In this document: in pieces, positions 18,897 through 28,029 of the stretch
Layout: every line of letters begins with the position of its first letter
Position numbering within the stretch: the first letter of the stretch is position 1
Source: an uncultured Anaerolineaceae bacterium
Lineage (GTDB): Bacteria; Chloroflexota; Anaerolineae; Anaerolineales; Anaerolineaceae
Direction: 5' to 3'
NCBI GenBank assembly: GCA_964570745.1
Contig: CAZMZQ010000002.1
Location: forward strand, 1 to 39,283
DNA: 39,283 nucleotides
Made by a program: the position numbers and the translations under genes
Notes under the pieces: model-generated
What the model saw: the letters and a program-made list of their open reading frames with translations, nothing else
Databases searched by the model: none
Told to the model about the DNA's origin: nothing

Positions 18897-18929
18897 AACC
18901 TCTGGTTTTTCATATTAGTTCCAGAGGTT
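18897..18929. terminator. Hairpin between convergent genes (T-run on minus strand)
   Basis: AACCTCTGG/CCAGAGGTT 9-bp stem with 15-nt loop. On the minus strand it is followed by TTTTTTAT. Confidence 0.45.
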
Positions 18930-18943
18930 GTCATTAAAAGAAT

Positions 18944-18982
18944 AAAGCTGGATTGAACAAAATCTGAGCTCAATCCAGCTTT
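18944..18982. terminator. Hairpin between convergent genes
   Basis: AAAGCTGGATTGA/TCAATCCAGCTTT 13-bp stem, T-rich on both sides. Lies immediately downstream of the degV stop. Confidence 0.55.
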
Positions 18983-18994
18983 GTTATTTAATAA

Positions 18995-19843
18995 TTATCC
19001 AACCATGTATGCCATCGAAACGGTTCCCGGTCCGACATGACTTCCAATAACAGGACTGACCTCAGAGCGGATGATCTCAACAGGGTGCAGGCGTTCGACA
19101 GCTGCTTCTTCCATCGCGACCATCTCGTCAAATGCCAGCGCATGAAAAGGACCGATTCTGACAGGTGTACGCCCATCAATATCCCTTTCGATCAATTCAA
19201 TCATGCGATTGAGTGCTTTTTTCTGCGAACGGACGCTTTCAACAAGTTCGATTTTGCCGTCCCGAATCTCCATGATCGGCTTTAGATCCAATGCAGAACC
19301 CAACAGGCGCTTTGCAGTATTGATCCGACCTCCGCGGTGCAGGTATTCCAGCGAATTTACAGTGAAATACACTCCGATTCGGGGATAAACATCATTTGCA
19401 ATCTGCTGGCATTCCTGCAGGCTGGCACCGTTTTGGGCTGCCTTTGCAACCTCGAGAACCATGAGAGTCAATGCCATCGAAACCAGGCGTGTGTCCATCA
19501 CAACCAGGTTTTCAGGATCTCCCAGCTCTTTCTTTGCCTGTAAAGCTGAGTCGACCGTCGCCGAAAGCCCTTTAGAAATCCCCATATAGAAGACATCTTT
19601 GCCTTCTTCGAGCAGCTTTGAAAAAACTTCCAAAAACTGTCCGACGGTGACCTGGCTGGTGGTTGCCATTTCTTTGGAACTTGCCAGTTGTTGGTAAAAA
19701 TCATTTGCCTGGATATCCACACCATCATAAAGTGACTTGCCTTGCCAGTTGACGGTCAGTGGCAGAATAGAGAGGTTATACCTTTCAATAAATTCTTGCG
19801 GGATGTATGCCGATGAATCGCTAACGATCTTTACATTACTCAT
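18995..19843 (-). CDS. DegV-family fatty-acid-binding protein
   Basis: KIVSDSSAYIP N-terminus and YLHRGGRI motif. GGAGGAAAATT-ATG RBS. Confidence 0.9.
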   Translation of the reverse strand: MSNVKIVSDSSAYIPQEFIERYNLSILPLTVNWQGKSLYDGVDIQANDFYQQLASSKEMATTSQVTVGQFLEVFSKLLEEGKDVFYMGISKGLSATVDSALQAKKELGDPENLVVMDTRLVSMALTLMVLEVAKAAQNGASLQECQQIANDVYPRIGVYFTVNSLEYLHRGGRINTAKRLLGSALDLKPIMEIRDGKIELVESVRSQKKALNRMIELIERDIDGRTPVRIGPFHALAFDEMVAMEEAAVERLHPVEIIRSEVSPVIGSHVGPGTVSMAYMVG

Positions 19844-19911
19844 AATTTTCCTCCGTTAAGGATTTGTAAGGATGAAAAGTATAGCACATTCATTGATTGA
19901 GTATAAATCAA

Positions 19912-21462
19912 TCATAAAAGCTTTTGATCTATCGATGCTACGGTATAGATCGAATTTTTTCCCAAATTGTGACCGTGATTGGCTGCCTGATTGTTATTAA
20001 GCAGACATCTGCCATTGGTAAAATCAAAACTCAATCCATGAATATAAACCGGTTGATCCTGCGAAGTGTGAAGCCATTGCCCGACCGCATGCCAAAACGC
20101 TTTTAGTGGCTGGCCGAATCGGTCCTTAATCGATTCATCTTCGTCGAGATAGAATTGTGCTTCTTTACTTTTCGGTCTCTGCCAAATCTCAATCCTTCTG
20201 GAAGGGCTAACCATTGAGCACAACGGCTGCACACCCACATTGCCTTGTTCGATCAGGTCAAAAAGGGTTTGCAAACAGGTTTTTCCCTGACCGTAGAAAA
20301 GCGGGAGCATCGATTCATGCATCAAACTGGTATCAACACCGTTCAAAAACTGACCACCAAATTCAACAAGATCAATTATTTGCTGCCTGTGATCTCTGCG
20401 ACCGACGATCTGAAAAAGCAAATCTGCCCTCGGGCTGCGGGAAGACCAGCCGGTTGAATTTTGTAATAAAAGGGTGCCATCTTCAAAGCCCGCATTTTCG
20501 TCAAGCCCAAGCCAATAACAATTCCCGTTATTAACCGACCCGCTGCGCTCCACTACCAACCAATATCGTTCGCCAACTTCAAGCTCCGCATTACCGGGCA
20601 GGTTTACTTCAACCCATCGGTAGGTTTCAACATTCAATTCAGATGGAGATACGGTTGTATTGGTCAATATCAAGCCAGATGGTTGATTGCCAAGATCGGT
20701 TTGAATGCTGACCTTGAGATTGTCTGCGGGCATACCCTGTCTGCGTACACGGAGTGAAGCTGAAAACGCCTGGATGGGACTGTTGACTACGAAAGATTGT
20801 GCCAGGCGCAAGTTGGATGTGCTCTGCCCAACTGGTTGGGTTCCAAGTTGAGCTGGTCGGTGTTCCACGATTCCATTCCACCCCTGCCAGTAACGCCACG
20901 CAAGCGTTTCCATCCAACTTCGGCAGTTCAAAACATAACCTTCATCTTGAAGCCGACCTGTGAGCTTTCCTTTCAAAGCAACTTTCGGCTGTGAATGAGC
21001 GGACAACCAGTCACCAACGAGTAAATCTGCTACCTGACCATGCATAAATTGTCTCTGCAGGAGCTGTTCCTTTATTCCATAAACCTCCTGGCTCTCTGGG
21101 TCGTCTTTCCATTGGGTTTGTTGAAAAACAAAAGGCTCTGAATCGGTTGGCAGCAAATAACGCACAGCCACCCGGTTTGCCATGCTATCCAAACCAAGAT
21201 TAAAAACCTGATTTCCTCTCATTTGATCCACTGATTCGAGGAAGCCCCACCAGGCAAGTCGCCCTTCCGGGTCGTAAACTCGTATATCCTGCCCCAGACA
21301 GATACGCCAATCTTGCAAAGTCATCCCGCCACACGGACAAAATACCCGTGCCTGGCTGGGACCGTAACGGTCATTCCATTCAAGGTTAAGCGGAAGGCAG
21401 TCTTCCGGAGAAAATATAAATTTGCCAGCCTGACGGTTGAGAATTTCGAAAGCCCAGCTCAT
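19912..21462 (-). CDS. Hypothetical phage-associated protein (516 aa; possible tail/adsorption component)
   Basis: GGAGG RBS and ATGA start/stop overlap with the upstream gene. It is the last gene of the phage-like operon. No motif recognised. Confidence 0.5.
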   Translation of the reverse strand: MSWAFEILNRQAGKFIFSPEDCLPLNLEWNDRYGPSQARVFCPCGGMTLQDWRICLGQDIRVYDPEGRLAWWGFLESVDQMRGNQVFNLGLDSMANRVAVRYLLPTDSEPFVFQQTQWKDDPESQEVYGIKEQLLQRQFMHGQVADLLVGDWLSAHSQPKVALKGKLTGRLQDEGYVLNCRSWMETLAWRYWQGWNGIVEHRPAQLGTQPVGQSTSNLRLAQSFVVNSPIQAFSASLRVRRQGMPADNLKVSIQTDLGNQPSGLILTNTTVSPSELNVETYRWVEVNLPGNAELEVGERYWLVVERSGSVNNGNCYWLGLDENAGFEDGTLLLQNSTGWSSRSPRADLLFQIVGRRDHRQQIIDLVEFGGQFLNGVDTSLMHESMLPLFYGQGKTCLQTLFDLIEQGNVGVQPLCSMVSPSRRIEIWQRPKSKEAQFYLDEDESIKDRFGQPLKAFWHAVGQWLHTSQDQPVYIHGLSFDFTNGRCLLNNNQAANHGHNLGKNSIYTVASIDQKLL

Positions 21463-22790
21463 GGTAACCTCCAATGTTTGCGAATCCATGCCCTTATCTT
21501 CAACGTCCGTTCGATCGGTGCGCCATTTGCATCTGTTTGAAAAAGCCAGAAGTGCTGCTTGTGAGACGGATTGATCGACAGAGGTTCACCCATCCTTCGG
21601 TGGGTTTTAATCTCCAGCCCCTGTTTTATTGACCAACTCGTTTTCAACATTCCATCTACGACCAACCGGGACTGATGAGGCAAACCGCTGATACTATGAA
21701 AGACACTGAAAGGCTCATGGGGCAACAATAAAATGTCATCCAGATTAAGTGTGTGTCTACCAGTAGCCGTATGTTTCGCCTGCAAAACCAATTGATGCGA
21801 GTATGCATAGTTCACCAGGGGCAGGCTGCCTATAGGTAAATTGAACGGTTCCAACACCACAAAACCACTGCCATTTTCCACCTCTGTTTCAGGGCTCTGC
21901 CAGACTATATTGTTATCCACAGCGATTTGAAGGCGTAAATAAAGCGGTCCGCCACTTACCTGGCTGAACAGGCGTAAAATCGGTGTGCAGGTGCGTTTGC
22001 GCAGCTGACTCACCTCAACCGGACCAATTGTCCAGGCTGCCAGGTTTGTCCACGATGAGCCAGACCATTCATAATAGACATATTTCCCTCCGGATGCAAG
22101 CGAAGAGGTCAGTGCAGACCCTCCTGATCCGCCTTCTGCTTCAAGGTTAAGCATCGCCCGGCTATCAAACTCTGTGTCTGCCAAACCGCCCACCCATAAA
22201 TTTGACAGGCTGTCACCAGCAAAAGTGTTTTCAAGTTCCATCCGCAGGGACGCTGGCTGGATCAAATCAAGCGCCGCGGTATCAATGGTGAACCAGTTAT
22301 CATGACCAGGCTGGTTATCGTCGTGGTTATAAATTGTCAGCCCGTTGGTAATCCCTCCGCCGGAAGAATTGGATAATGGTAGCGGTTGTTCAGAGCCAAA
22401 AAAGCTGTTTTCACGTTGAATAAGCAGGTGAAGCTGTATTGAACCAGCCTTGTGCGATGCCAGCTGCCCGCTGGCTATTTCAAGCCTTCCGCTTTGTATC
22501 AGGCTGTAAAGATAAGCCGATTGATCTTCGCTCCAAATTCGCAGCACCAGTGGCATGTAGGAAAAATCCGTTCCCGTCCTGAGGAGTGATTCCAGGTTAT
22601 CGATAATTGAACGGATTTTTGTTTTGGAACCGCGAAGGTTCAGGGTCAGCTTCTCTTCCACCAGTGGTTCAAGGCTCGGATTCAATCCATATTCCGTACT
22701 GATCAATCCCATGGGCTGGTCGGCACTCTGCAGCACAAACCACGAACCCTCGTCAGGTCTGCCCAGGTTTCCGATTGCGAGATCACTCAT
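21459..22790 (-). CDS. Hypothetical phage-associated protein (443 aa)
   Basis: 8-nt overlap with the upstream gene. Function inferred from operon position only. Confidence 0.5.
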   Translation of the reverse strand: MSDLAIGNLGRPDEGSWFVLQSADQPMGLISTEYGLNPSLEPLVEEKLTLNLRGSKTKIRSIIDNLESLLRTGTDFSYMPLVLRIWSEDQSAYLYSLIQSGRLEIASGQLASHKAGSIQLHLLIQRENSFFGSEQPLPLSNSSGGGITNGLTIYNHDDNQPGHDNWFTIDTAALDLIQPASLRMELENTFAGDSLSNLWVGGLADTEFDSRAMLNLEAEGGSGGSALTSSLASGGKYVYYEWSGSSWTNLAAWTIGPVEVSQLRKRTCTPILRLFSQVSGGPLYLRLQIAVDNNIVWQSPETEVENGSGFVVLEPFNLPIGSLPLVNYAYSHQLVLQAKHTATGRHTLNLDDILLLPHEPFSVFHSISGLPHQSRLVVDGMLKTSWSIKQGLEIKTHRRMGEPLSINPSHKQHFWLFQTDANGAPIERTLKIRAWIRKHWRLP

Positions 22791-23208
22791 AAGACCGATG
22801 CTCCTCTAATTTCCATGCTGCCCACGGTGTGTTTGAGCCATTGTGTAAACTTGCGATCCGCAGCCTGTCCAGCAGATGGTCACGTTCCTGGATGAGATAG
22901 CGCACCCAGGCAGCCAGCGCGTTTGAATCAAGGTTGAGGTTACTGTAACTGACCTGGTGGTGCTGCAAAACCGCCTTGATGACACTGGCAGCGGCACCTC
23001 TCATCAGGGCTGGAAGAAATTCATCCGGCAGGCTGGTGAGTTCTGCAGAATCCAAACCAGCGAGGGTGTAGTTTTCACAAAAAAGACCGTTGATATACCC
23101 GATTGACTCCCTGAAAGCTTCTAACTTAAGCGGTAATTCAATCGCAAGTTGATACGGATCCAAAAATTGTTGTTCCAGGCTCGCAACCAGGTCATCCAGA
23201 TGTGTCAT
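22783..23208 (-). CDS. Hypothetical phage-associated protein (141 aa; possible head-tail adaptor)
   Basis: ATG 23208 is preceded by AAGGGAG. Size and position after the capsid gene fit a connector/adaptor. No motif support. Confidence 0.4.
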   Translation of the reverse strand: MTHLDDLVASLEQQFLDPYQLAIELPLKLEAFRESIGYINGLFCENYTLAGLDSAELTSLPDEFLPALMRGAAASVIKAVLQHHQVSYSNLNLDSNALAAWVRYLIQERDHLLDRLRIASLHNGSNTPWAAWKLEEHRSYE

Positions 23209-23389
23209 TAGAAGCTCCCTTCTTGTGACCAAGACTCTTGAAAGCCTTTTCAACTTCTCCTGCAGAAAAAGTTACTTTCCATCCCCGGTTGTTAATCACC
23301 ACCAGGAAACCGTCCTCACGCAGTCTCCGACTGAGCACATCTTTACCCATAAGTTTGTTTACTACTCTTTTTATTTCTCTGTCAGTCAT
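23192..23389 (-). CDS. Small hypothetical protein (65 aa)
   Basis: Strong AAGGAGGTAAAA-ATG initiation region, basic N-terminus. Confidence 0.5.
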   Translation of the reverse strand: MTDREIKRVVNKLMGKDVLSRRLREDGFLVVINNRGWKVTFSAGEVEKAFKSLGHKKGASNDTSG

Positions 23390-23400
23390 TTTTACCTCCT

Positions 23401-23434
23401 TGCCTGCCCCTTCACGCTTGTGAAGAGGCAGGCA
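23401..23434 (-). other. Strong intra-operon RNA stem-loop (15-bp stem, 4-nt loop)
   Basis: TGCCTGCCCCTTCAC-GCTT-GTGAAGAGGCAGGCA, with a single G-U position. It abuts the RBS of the 65-aa ORF. No U-tract. Confidence 0.6.
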
Positions 23435-23444
23435 GCAAATTGGT

Positions 23445-23636
23445 TTAGGAATCAGCCCTCAGTCCATCTTCTAGGGCAGTGCCCAGGATATAGGTGACCA
23501 GAATTGCGATAATTCCGGCGAGCTGGTCTGGGTCGATCGGGAAGTCGGGGTACCAGACTTTGACCATCATGATGATCAAGCCAACCAGGGCAGCCCAAAA
23601 CTTACGCGAACTCAACAGAAATTTCAATTTTGTCAT
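23445..23636 (-). CDS. Holin-like small membrane protein (63 aa, 2 TM)
   Basis: GAGGAG RBS before ATG 23636. Basic N-terminus, two hydrophobic helices (FWAALVGLIIMMVKVW; LAGIIAILVTYILGTAL) and a charged C-terminus. Confidence 0.5.
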   Translation of the reverse strand: MTKLKFLLSSRKFWAALVGLIIMMVKVWYPDFPIDPDQLAGIIAILVTYILGTALEDGLRADS

Positions 23637-23650
23637 CTCTCTCCTCAGAA

Positions 23651-25603
23651 TCAAGCAACGTTATTCTTGTAAAGCGGTCGGAAGTCGTTCACCCAGACCG
23701 CCAGATAATGGCGAACCTTCAGACGGTGTTCGTCATTGCTAAACACTGCCGGCGAAAGCTCATCACCGGCAATAAAGATCTCAGGTGCAATTCCAAACCG
23801 TTCTCCCACGAAAATAGCCGGGGCAACGCGGGGATCACATACTGCCGCCCAGTCGTTGGCATCGGTCCATTCCGGCACTACAAGTGGCACCGCGCTGCCT
23901 TTGAGCACGTTGTCATAGACATAATCTGCCTCGCGCACAAAGCTGCCAGTACAAATTTCCATGGCGGTGCGTTGTAATGCCCGTGGTACCAGGAGAAACT
24001 TGGGGTTCACCGCCATCTGGGGACCACTGCCGAAAAATCCCGCAGCGTTTTTTACCAACATAGGTTGGGCGTAAACCCTGGCGCTGACAACATCCCAATT
24101 GCCTGCATTCAGAGCCAGGTTCGCCAGGTTGGCATGCCCACCTTTGACTGTGACAGCTTCCAGGTTGAACAAGTTCTCCTCATCAGCCAGGATTGGTCCG
24201 ACGCCAGCTTCGCTTGTGAATATCTCTGCAACCAGGCGGGAAATTTTCCGCATTCCTGCAGAAGCCAGCTCACGGGCATAGGCGCGCAGCTTACGGGTTT
24301 CGTCACGGTCGATCAGCTCAAGCGTCAGGGGGATATAACCACCAAATTTGGTAAACCTGGCAACTTCGGGAGAATCGCCTACCTTTAGCTCAGTGTAATT
24401 ACCGCCTTCAGCGATGCTGGGCAGGTCACCCACCGTGCCGATCAGCGTGCCGGTGATATCATGCAGGCTGTTAAAATGCTCCTGAACGGTTACATTCTTC
24501 CACCAGTCGTAGCCAGCTTTTCCCAACTCTTCCCAGGTGTTGCTAACCAGTTTGTTCAGGCTGTTCTTAACCAGTCCAGTGAAATCGGCTGTGGTCGCAA
24601 GCCTGGTTCGTTCGAGAAAATAACCACCATGCAGGTCATAATCACCGGTCAATGTGAGATAAAGCTCACGAATACCCGAAAGTCTGGCGACCTGGGTATT
24701 ACCAATTCCTTTTTCGCGGGGTGCGTCAAATAGATCGTCCACAGCAGCCTGCAATCGTTCCGCAGGCTCCAGCATCCCTTCAATTCGGGCTGGACCTTTG
24801 ACCACGCTCGCGCCCTCCAAATCGCTGAGCAGTGTGTGGGCTTCGCGAAGTGCTGCCTGGAGCTCTGCCGGTGCGAAGGTGCGGTTTTGAAACCGTTTTC
24901 GGATATTGGTCTTCAGCCCTTGAGGCAGATTAGAGTTTGAAAGGCTGTTTTCCAGCAAAAAAGCGCTCATTTGCGCACGCATGTTTCGCATTTCCGCCAA
25001 CTGGTCTTCCAGGCTGCCTGCTTCCGGCAGTGGCTGAACTTCCGCTTCCTGAAGCGCGAGATTTGTTTCGATACTATTCTCCTTAAATTGTGTAGACATA
25101 AAGGGTTCTCCTTCCATAATTGGCTTGATTCCAAGTTGATTGAGTGCCCGCAGGAAAATACCACCCCGGGCAGGGTTGTAGACCAGGTCCACCGAGTAGA
25201 TCCGCAGGATCTTCCCGACTTTGCCAGCCTTACCCTGAAAGAGCACGTCTGCTGAAAAACCCACCCTGACAGCAGGTTCGTCCGACTTTTCGAGCACCTG
25301 GCGTCCGATATCCTTGAGCACTTCAGCTGAAGGACCAAAAGCGCTCAATTCAGCCCGCACTCCACACGCTTCAGCATCCCAGGTTGGTTTTCGCAAGATT
25401 CCGGCGATATCGCGTACGGAACGTTCCTTGAGACTATGGTCAACAAAGCAATTGACCCCTTCCCAAAGTTGCAGGGAATCCCTGAGCACTTCCGCAGGGA
25501 ACACCCAACCATTGGCTGACCCGGCTGTGATTGCCAGTATCTCGAAGCGACCACTACCGACCGGGTTGACCTCCAATGCCAGCCGTTGTCGACTTTCAGT
25601 CAT
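23651..25603 (-). CDS. Prohead protease-like / scaffold-like / HK97-fold major capsid protein fusion (650 aa)
   Basis: GGAAGGAG RBS before ATG 25603. The N-terminal ~170 aa have protease-like H and S contexts (CFVDH; VGFSADV). The middle is a helical A/L/E/Q-rich segment. The C-terminal ~300 aa look like a major capsid protein. The gene follows the portal gene. Confidence 0.55.
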   Translation of the reverse strand: MTESRQRLALEVNPVGSGRFEILAITAGSANGWVFPAEVLRDSLQLWEGVNCFVDHSLKERSVRDIAGILRKPTWDAEACGVRAELSAFGPSAEVLKDIGRQVLEKSDEPAVRVGFSADVLFQGKAGKVGKILRIYSVDLVYNPARGGIFLRALNQLGIKPIMEGEPFMSTQFKENSIETNLALQEAEVQPLPEAGSLEDQLAEMRNMRAQMSAFLLENSLSNSNLPQGLKTNIRKRFQNRTFAPAELQAALREAHTLLSDLEGASVVKGPARIEGMLEPAERLQAAVDDLFDAPREKGIGNTQVARLSGIRELYLTLTGDYDLHGGYFLERTRLATTADFTGLVKNSLNKLVSNTWEELGKAGYDWWKNVTVQEHFNSLHDITGTLIGTVGDLPSIAEGGNYTELKVGDSPEVARFTKFGGYIPLTLELIDRDETRKLRAYARELASAGMRKISRLVAEIFTSEAGVGPILADEENLFNLEAVTVKGGHANLANLALNAGNWDVVSARVYAQPMLVKNAAGFFGSGPQMAVNPKFLLVPRALQRTAMEICTGSFVREADYVYDNVLKGSAVPLVVPEWTDANDWAAVCDPRVAPAIFVGERFGIAPEIFIAGDELSPAVFSNDEHRLKVRHYLAVWVNDFRPLYKNNVA

Positions 25604-25682
25604 AAATCTCCTTCCATTTTGATTGATGCCCTGTTTCAAACTAATTGCCTGCCCCACGCTGGGCAATTGGTTGAAGTTATTC

Positions 25683-26999
25683 TTATTCGCCATCTGAACC
25701 AGATTGGTCAGGAACGCGTTCACCCATAAAGCGATAAACCAGGCGCAGATATTCCCGCTCATCAATCAAACCATGCTCAAGCAAGCCGGCAGCCACTTCG
25801 TGAATCTGTACGCCTGCCTGTGCCAATTCGCGATTGTCACGGGCACTGACGTCACCACCTTCAACGCTTATTTGAACATCCGGATTGATATGAGGGTCGT
25901 ATAAAGCGCGTCTTGAAACGACTACGCGCAAGATCGTTTCGACCATGGCACACAAAAAACGCTGCCGCTCTGAGAAACGCCGGTAGGTTGGGCTTCCAGC
26001 TGCTTCAGCAGTCGTCTTTGTAGACGATTCTGGCTCTGCCAGGAAATGCAGGGGCAGCCCCACCCCGGCAGCGATCATCTTTTTAATCGCCAGACCGTCG
26101 CTGGATGCGTCAAGCGCTTCCAGTTTAGGTGCCAGCACTGACCACTCTTCACTTTCATCAGTCACTAAAACCGAACCAGGCGCGGGTGGATTGGCAGCCA
26201 ATTGCAGTTGGCGGGAATAACGTTCGTTTTCGCTGCCAAAGCGTGCCTTGACTACATAGACAAAGGCATTCCGAAAGCGATTTAACCTTACCCGGTCTTC
26301 AAGCCAGGCACTGTAGCGGGAAAGCCATTTCAAAACCGGCGTCAGGTCTCCTTCACCCCACTGCGAGCCGCTTGGTCTGTTGATGGCAAAGTGAAGCATA
26401 ACTTCCGGCAAGCGATTGTGCATATCCATCTCTTCATTACGAGGGTCATATGCCTGGCAAATCAGGGGCTCGGTATTACCAGGTTGCCTGATGTGATATG
26501 CCAGCTCCTGCTCAATGTCGTTTTCCCGCGATTGAATTTGCAGCACATCAGCCGCGGGGACGATGCGCAGATAGGTCATACCGCTTTGATCGCTGCTGAG
26601 CATCAAAAACAAATTTCCGCTCAGGCAGAGCTCGTCACTAAACTGGTTGATCTTCTGATCCAACAGGTTAAGCCTGTGCTGCCAGAATTCTGTGATAAAC
26701 GCCTGGGTTGGCTTGTCTGAACAGGTTACTACCATCCCACCGCCAGCTGCATATTGGGTAGTCAGTTCAACGATTCGTCTCGCAACAGGGTTAAATCGCC
26801 AGGCATCCAGGCTGTCAAGCATGATTTTCTGCCGGTCATATACCTGGCGGTCACGCGGAAGACTGAAAGCAGGCTGCGCCCCCACTAAAAAGTTGTTTTC
26901 AGTTTCAACCTGGCTCAGTCCAAGCCGCTGATTGCTTTCCAGTTTTTCGTCAGCTAGTTGAAAAAAGGCTTGCAAGCGTTCTTTGAATGAAAAGCTCAT
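25683..26999 (-). CDS. Phage portal protein
   Basis: The 438-aa size and position between terminase and capsid fit a portal, and the general portal-like sequence character agrees (e.g. DAWRFNPVARRIVELTTQY). ATGA overlap with the lysozyme gene. Confidence 0.6.
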   Translation of the reverse strand: MSFSFKERLQAFFQLADEKLESNQRLGLSQVETENNFLVGAQPAFSLPRDRQVYDRQKIMLDSLDAWRFNPVARRIVELTTQYAAGGGMVVTCSDKPTQAFITEFWQHRLNLLDQKINQFSDELCLSGNLFLMLSSDQSGMTYLRIVPAADVLQIQSRENDIEQELAYHIRQPGNTEPLICQAYDPRNEEMDMHNRLPEVMLHFAINRPSGSQWGEGDLTPVLKWLSRYSAWLEDRVRLNRFRNAFVYVVKARFGSENERYSRQLQLAANPPAPGSVLVTDESEEWSVLAPKLEALDASSDGLAIKKMIAAGVGLPLHFLAEPESSTKTTAEAAGSPTYRRFSERQRFLCAMVETILRVVVSRRALYDPHINPDVQISVEGGDVSARDNRELAQAGVQIHEVAAGLLEHGLIDEREYLRLVYRFMGERVPDQSGSDGE

Positions 27000-27790
27000 G
27001 CAGACACTTCCTCCAAAACCATTGCGGGTTTAAGTATTTGAGCGGCACGCTCACAGGCTTTGGAATCCAAAGGACAAATTGCTCCCCCAGTTTTACCCTT
27101 GCCAAAATAAGCCCAAAGCTGCTCCAGGCTCCCGTTCCAACGGTTGTAATCCATATAGCGCCCAACGCCGCCAATGGCTGGGGCACGCTGGCTGGTTTGG
27201 TGGATCAACCACTGACGCACGCCTTTGGGCAACTGGGGAGGGCAGGGATATTCAGGGGTGAATTGAGGAGCATCGTAGCTGCGGATATATTGCGCCAACC
27301 ACCAGTCCAGACTAGGCAGGCTGGCTACATCAAGGTGTTCATTTATCCACGACGCCCGGGAATAAACAATCGGGTATCGCCCGGTGACACTAAACAGATA
27401 ACACAGGCACTGAGTGAGCATGTTCGTGATCTGAACACGGGACTTCCCCTGATCGAGTTCAAGGTCCAGCACGAGTCGGACCTGCTCCAGGTCGACATCT
27501 TTGAGAATGGTCAAAAATGCTTCCATTTGTCGGATCGGGTCTGCGGATGGATAGACCACATGGTAGGGTAAAATACACACCCCGATGCGGGACGCCTCTT
27601 CAAAAAAGCGCTGGAACATGCTGTCGCGATAGCCCCAGGAAATACCGGTGCGTATGGATACAAACCGTATTGCCGGTACGTGGGCTTGAAATTGGTCAAA
27701 ATCGGGGATTTGCCTGCCATCCCAGCTGGCATTATGCTGGGAAAGGTCGATCCCGAACGGGTAGCCCTGATTACGGGTAAAGTAAGTCAC
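26996..27790 (-). CDS. GH25 muramidase (endolysin-type lysozyme)
   Basis: GIDLSQHN catalytic-region motif, a TIM-barrel-like pattern, and a C-terminal HQTSQ..GGVGRYMDYNRWNGS resembling the GH25 WQYS..G.vDlN motif. GTG 27790 is preceded by GGAGG and overlaps the upstream TAG. Confidence 0.75.
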   Translation of the reverse strand: MTYFTRNQGYPFGIDLSQHNASWDGRQIPDFDQFQAHVPAIRFVSIRTGISWGYRDSMFQRFFEEASRIGVCILPYHVVYPSADPIRQMEAFLTILKDVDLEQVRLVLDLELDQGKSRVQITNMLTQCLCYLFSVTGRYPIVYSRASWINEHLDVASLPSLDWWLAQYIRSYDAPQFTPEYPCPPQLPKGVRQWLIHQTSQRAPAIGGVGRYMDYNRWNGSLEQLWAYFGKGKTGGAICPLDSKACERAAQILKPAMVLEEVSA

Positions 27791-28011
27791 TAAAAACCTC
27801 CATCCATTTCTTTGAGTGGGTCTGATGCTTGAATTAGTGCAGGGGTAAAGCTTGGTTTCCAATCAAGTTCGTCCAAAATTGCAGTCATGGCAGCCGAGAT
27901 GACCAGGTCATCATGCAGCAAACCGCCCATTGGATCTGGTGTGCCTTCGGGGACCCACCATTTCATACTCTTATCCGGTCCGATTCCAACCTCACAGCTG
28001 AGCGCTTGCAA
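27790..28011 (-). CDS. Detached C-terminal fragment of terminase large subunit (in frame with upstream ORF, separated by TAA)
   Basis: Contains WWVP...LLHDDLVISAAM, the last acidic nuclease motif of TerL. It has only a TTG start, no RBS, and shares the frame of 28030-29490. Confidence 0.65.
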   Translation of the reverse strand: MQALSCEVGIGPDKSMKWWVPEGTPDPMGGLLHDDLVISAAMTAILDELDWKPSFTPALIQASDPLKEMDGGF

Positions 28012-28029
28012 TTGGCGTTGGAAAAGGTA

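Noticed and set aside
25604-25765. Upstream 54 codons of the 704-aa capsid-fusion ORF.
   Set aside because: The extension overlaps the portal gene end and lacks an RBS. ATG 25603 has GGAAGGAG at ideal spacing.
26987-27571. Long antisense ORFs within the phage-like cluster (this one, plus 28230-28607, 29524-29964, 24065-24388 and 25314-25622).
   Set aside because: They lie entirely inside better-supported minus-strand genes with recognisable motifs. They have no RBS and Arg/Pro/Ser-rich composition typical of antisense frames in GC-richer DNA.
27790-28011. Treating the 73-aa ORF as an independent small phage gene.
   Set aside because: It has only a TTG start and no RBS, it is exactly in frame with TerL after a single TAA, and its sequence looks like the TerL C-terminus.
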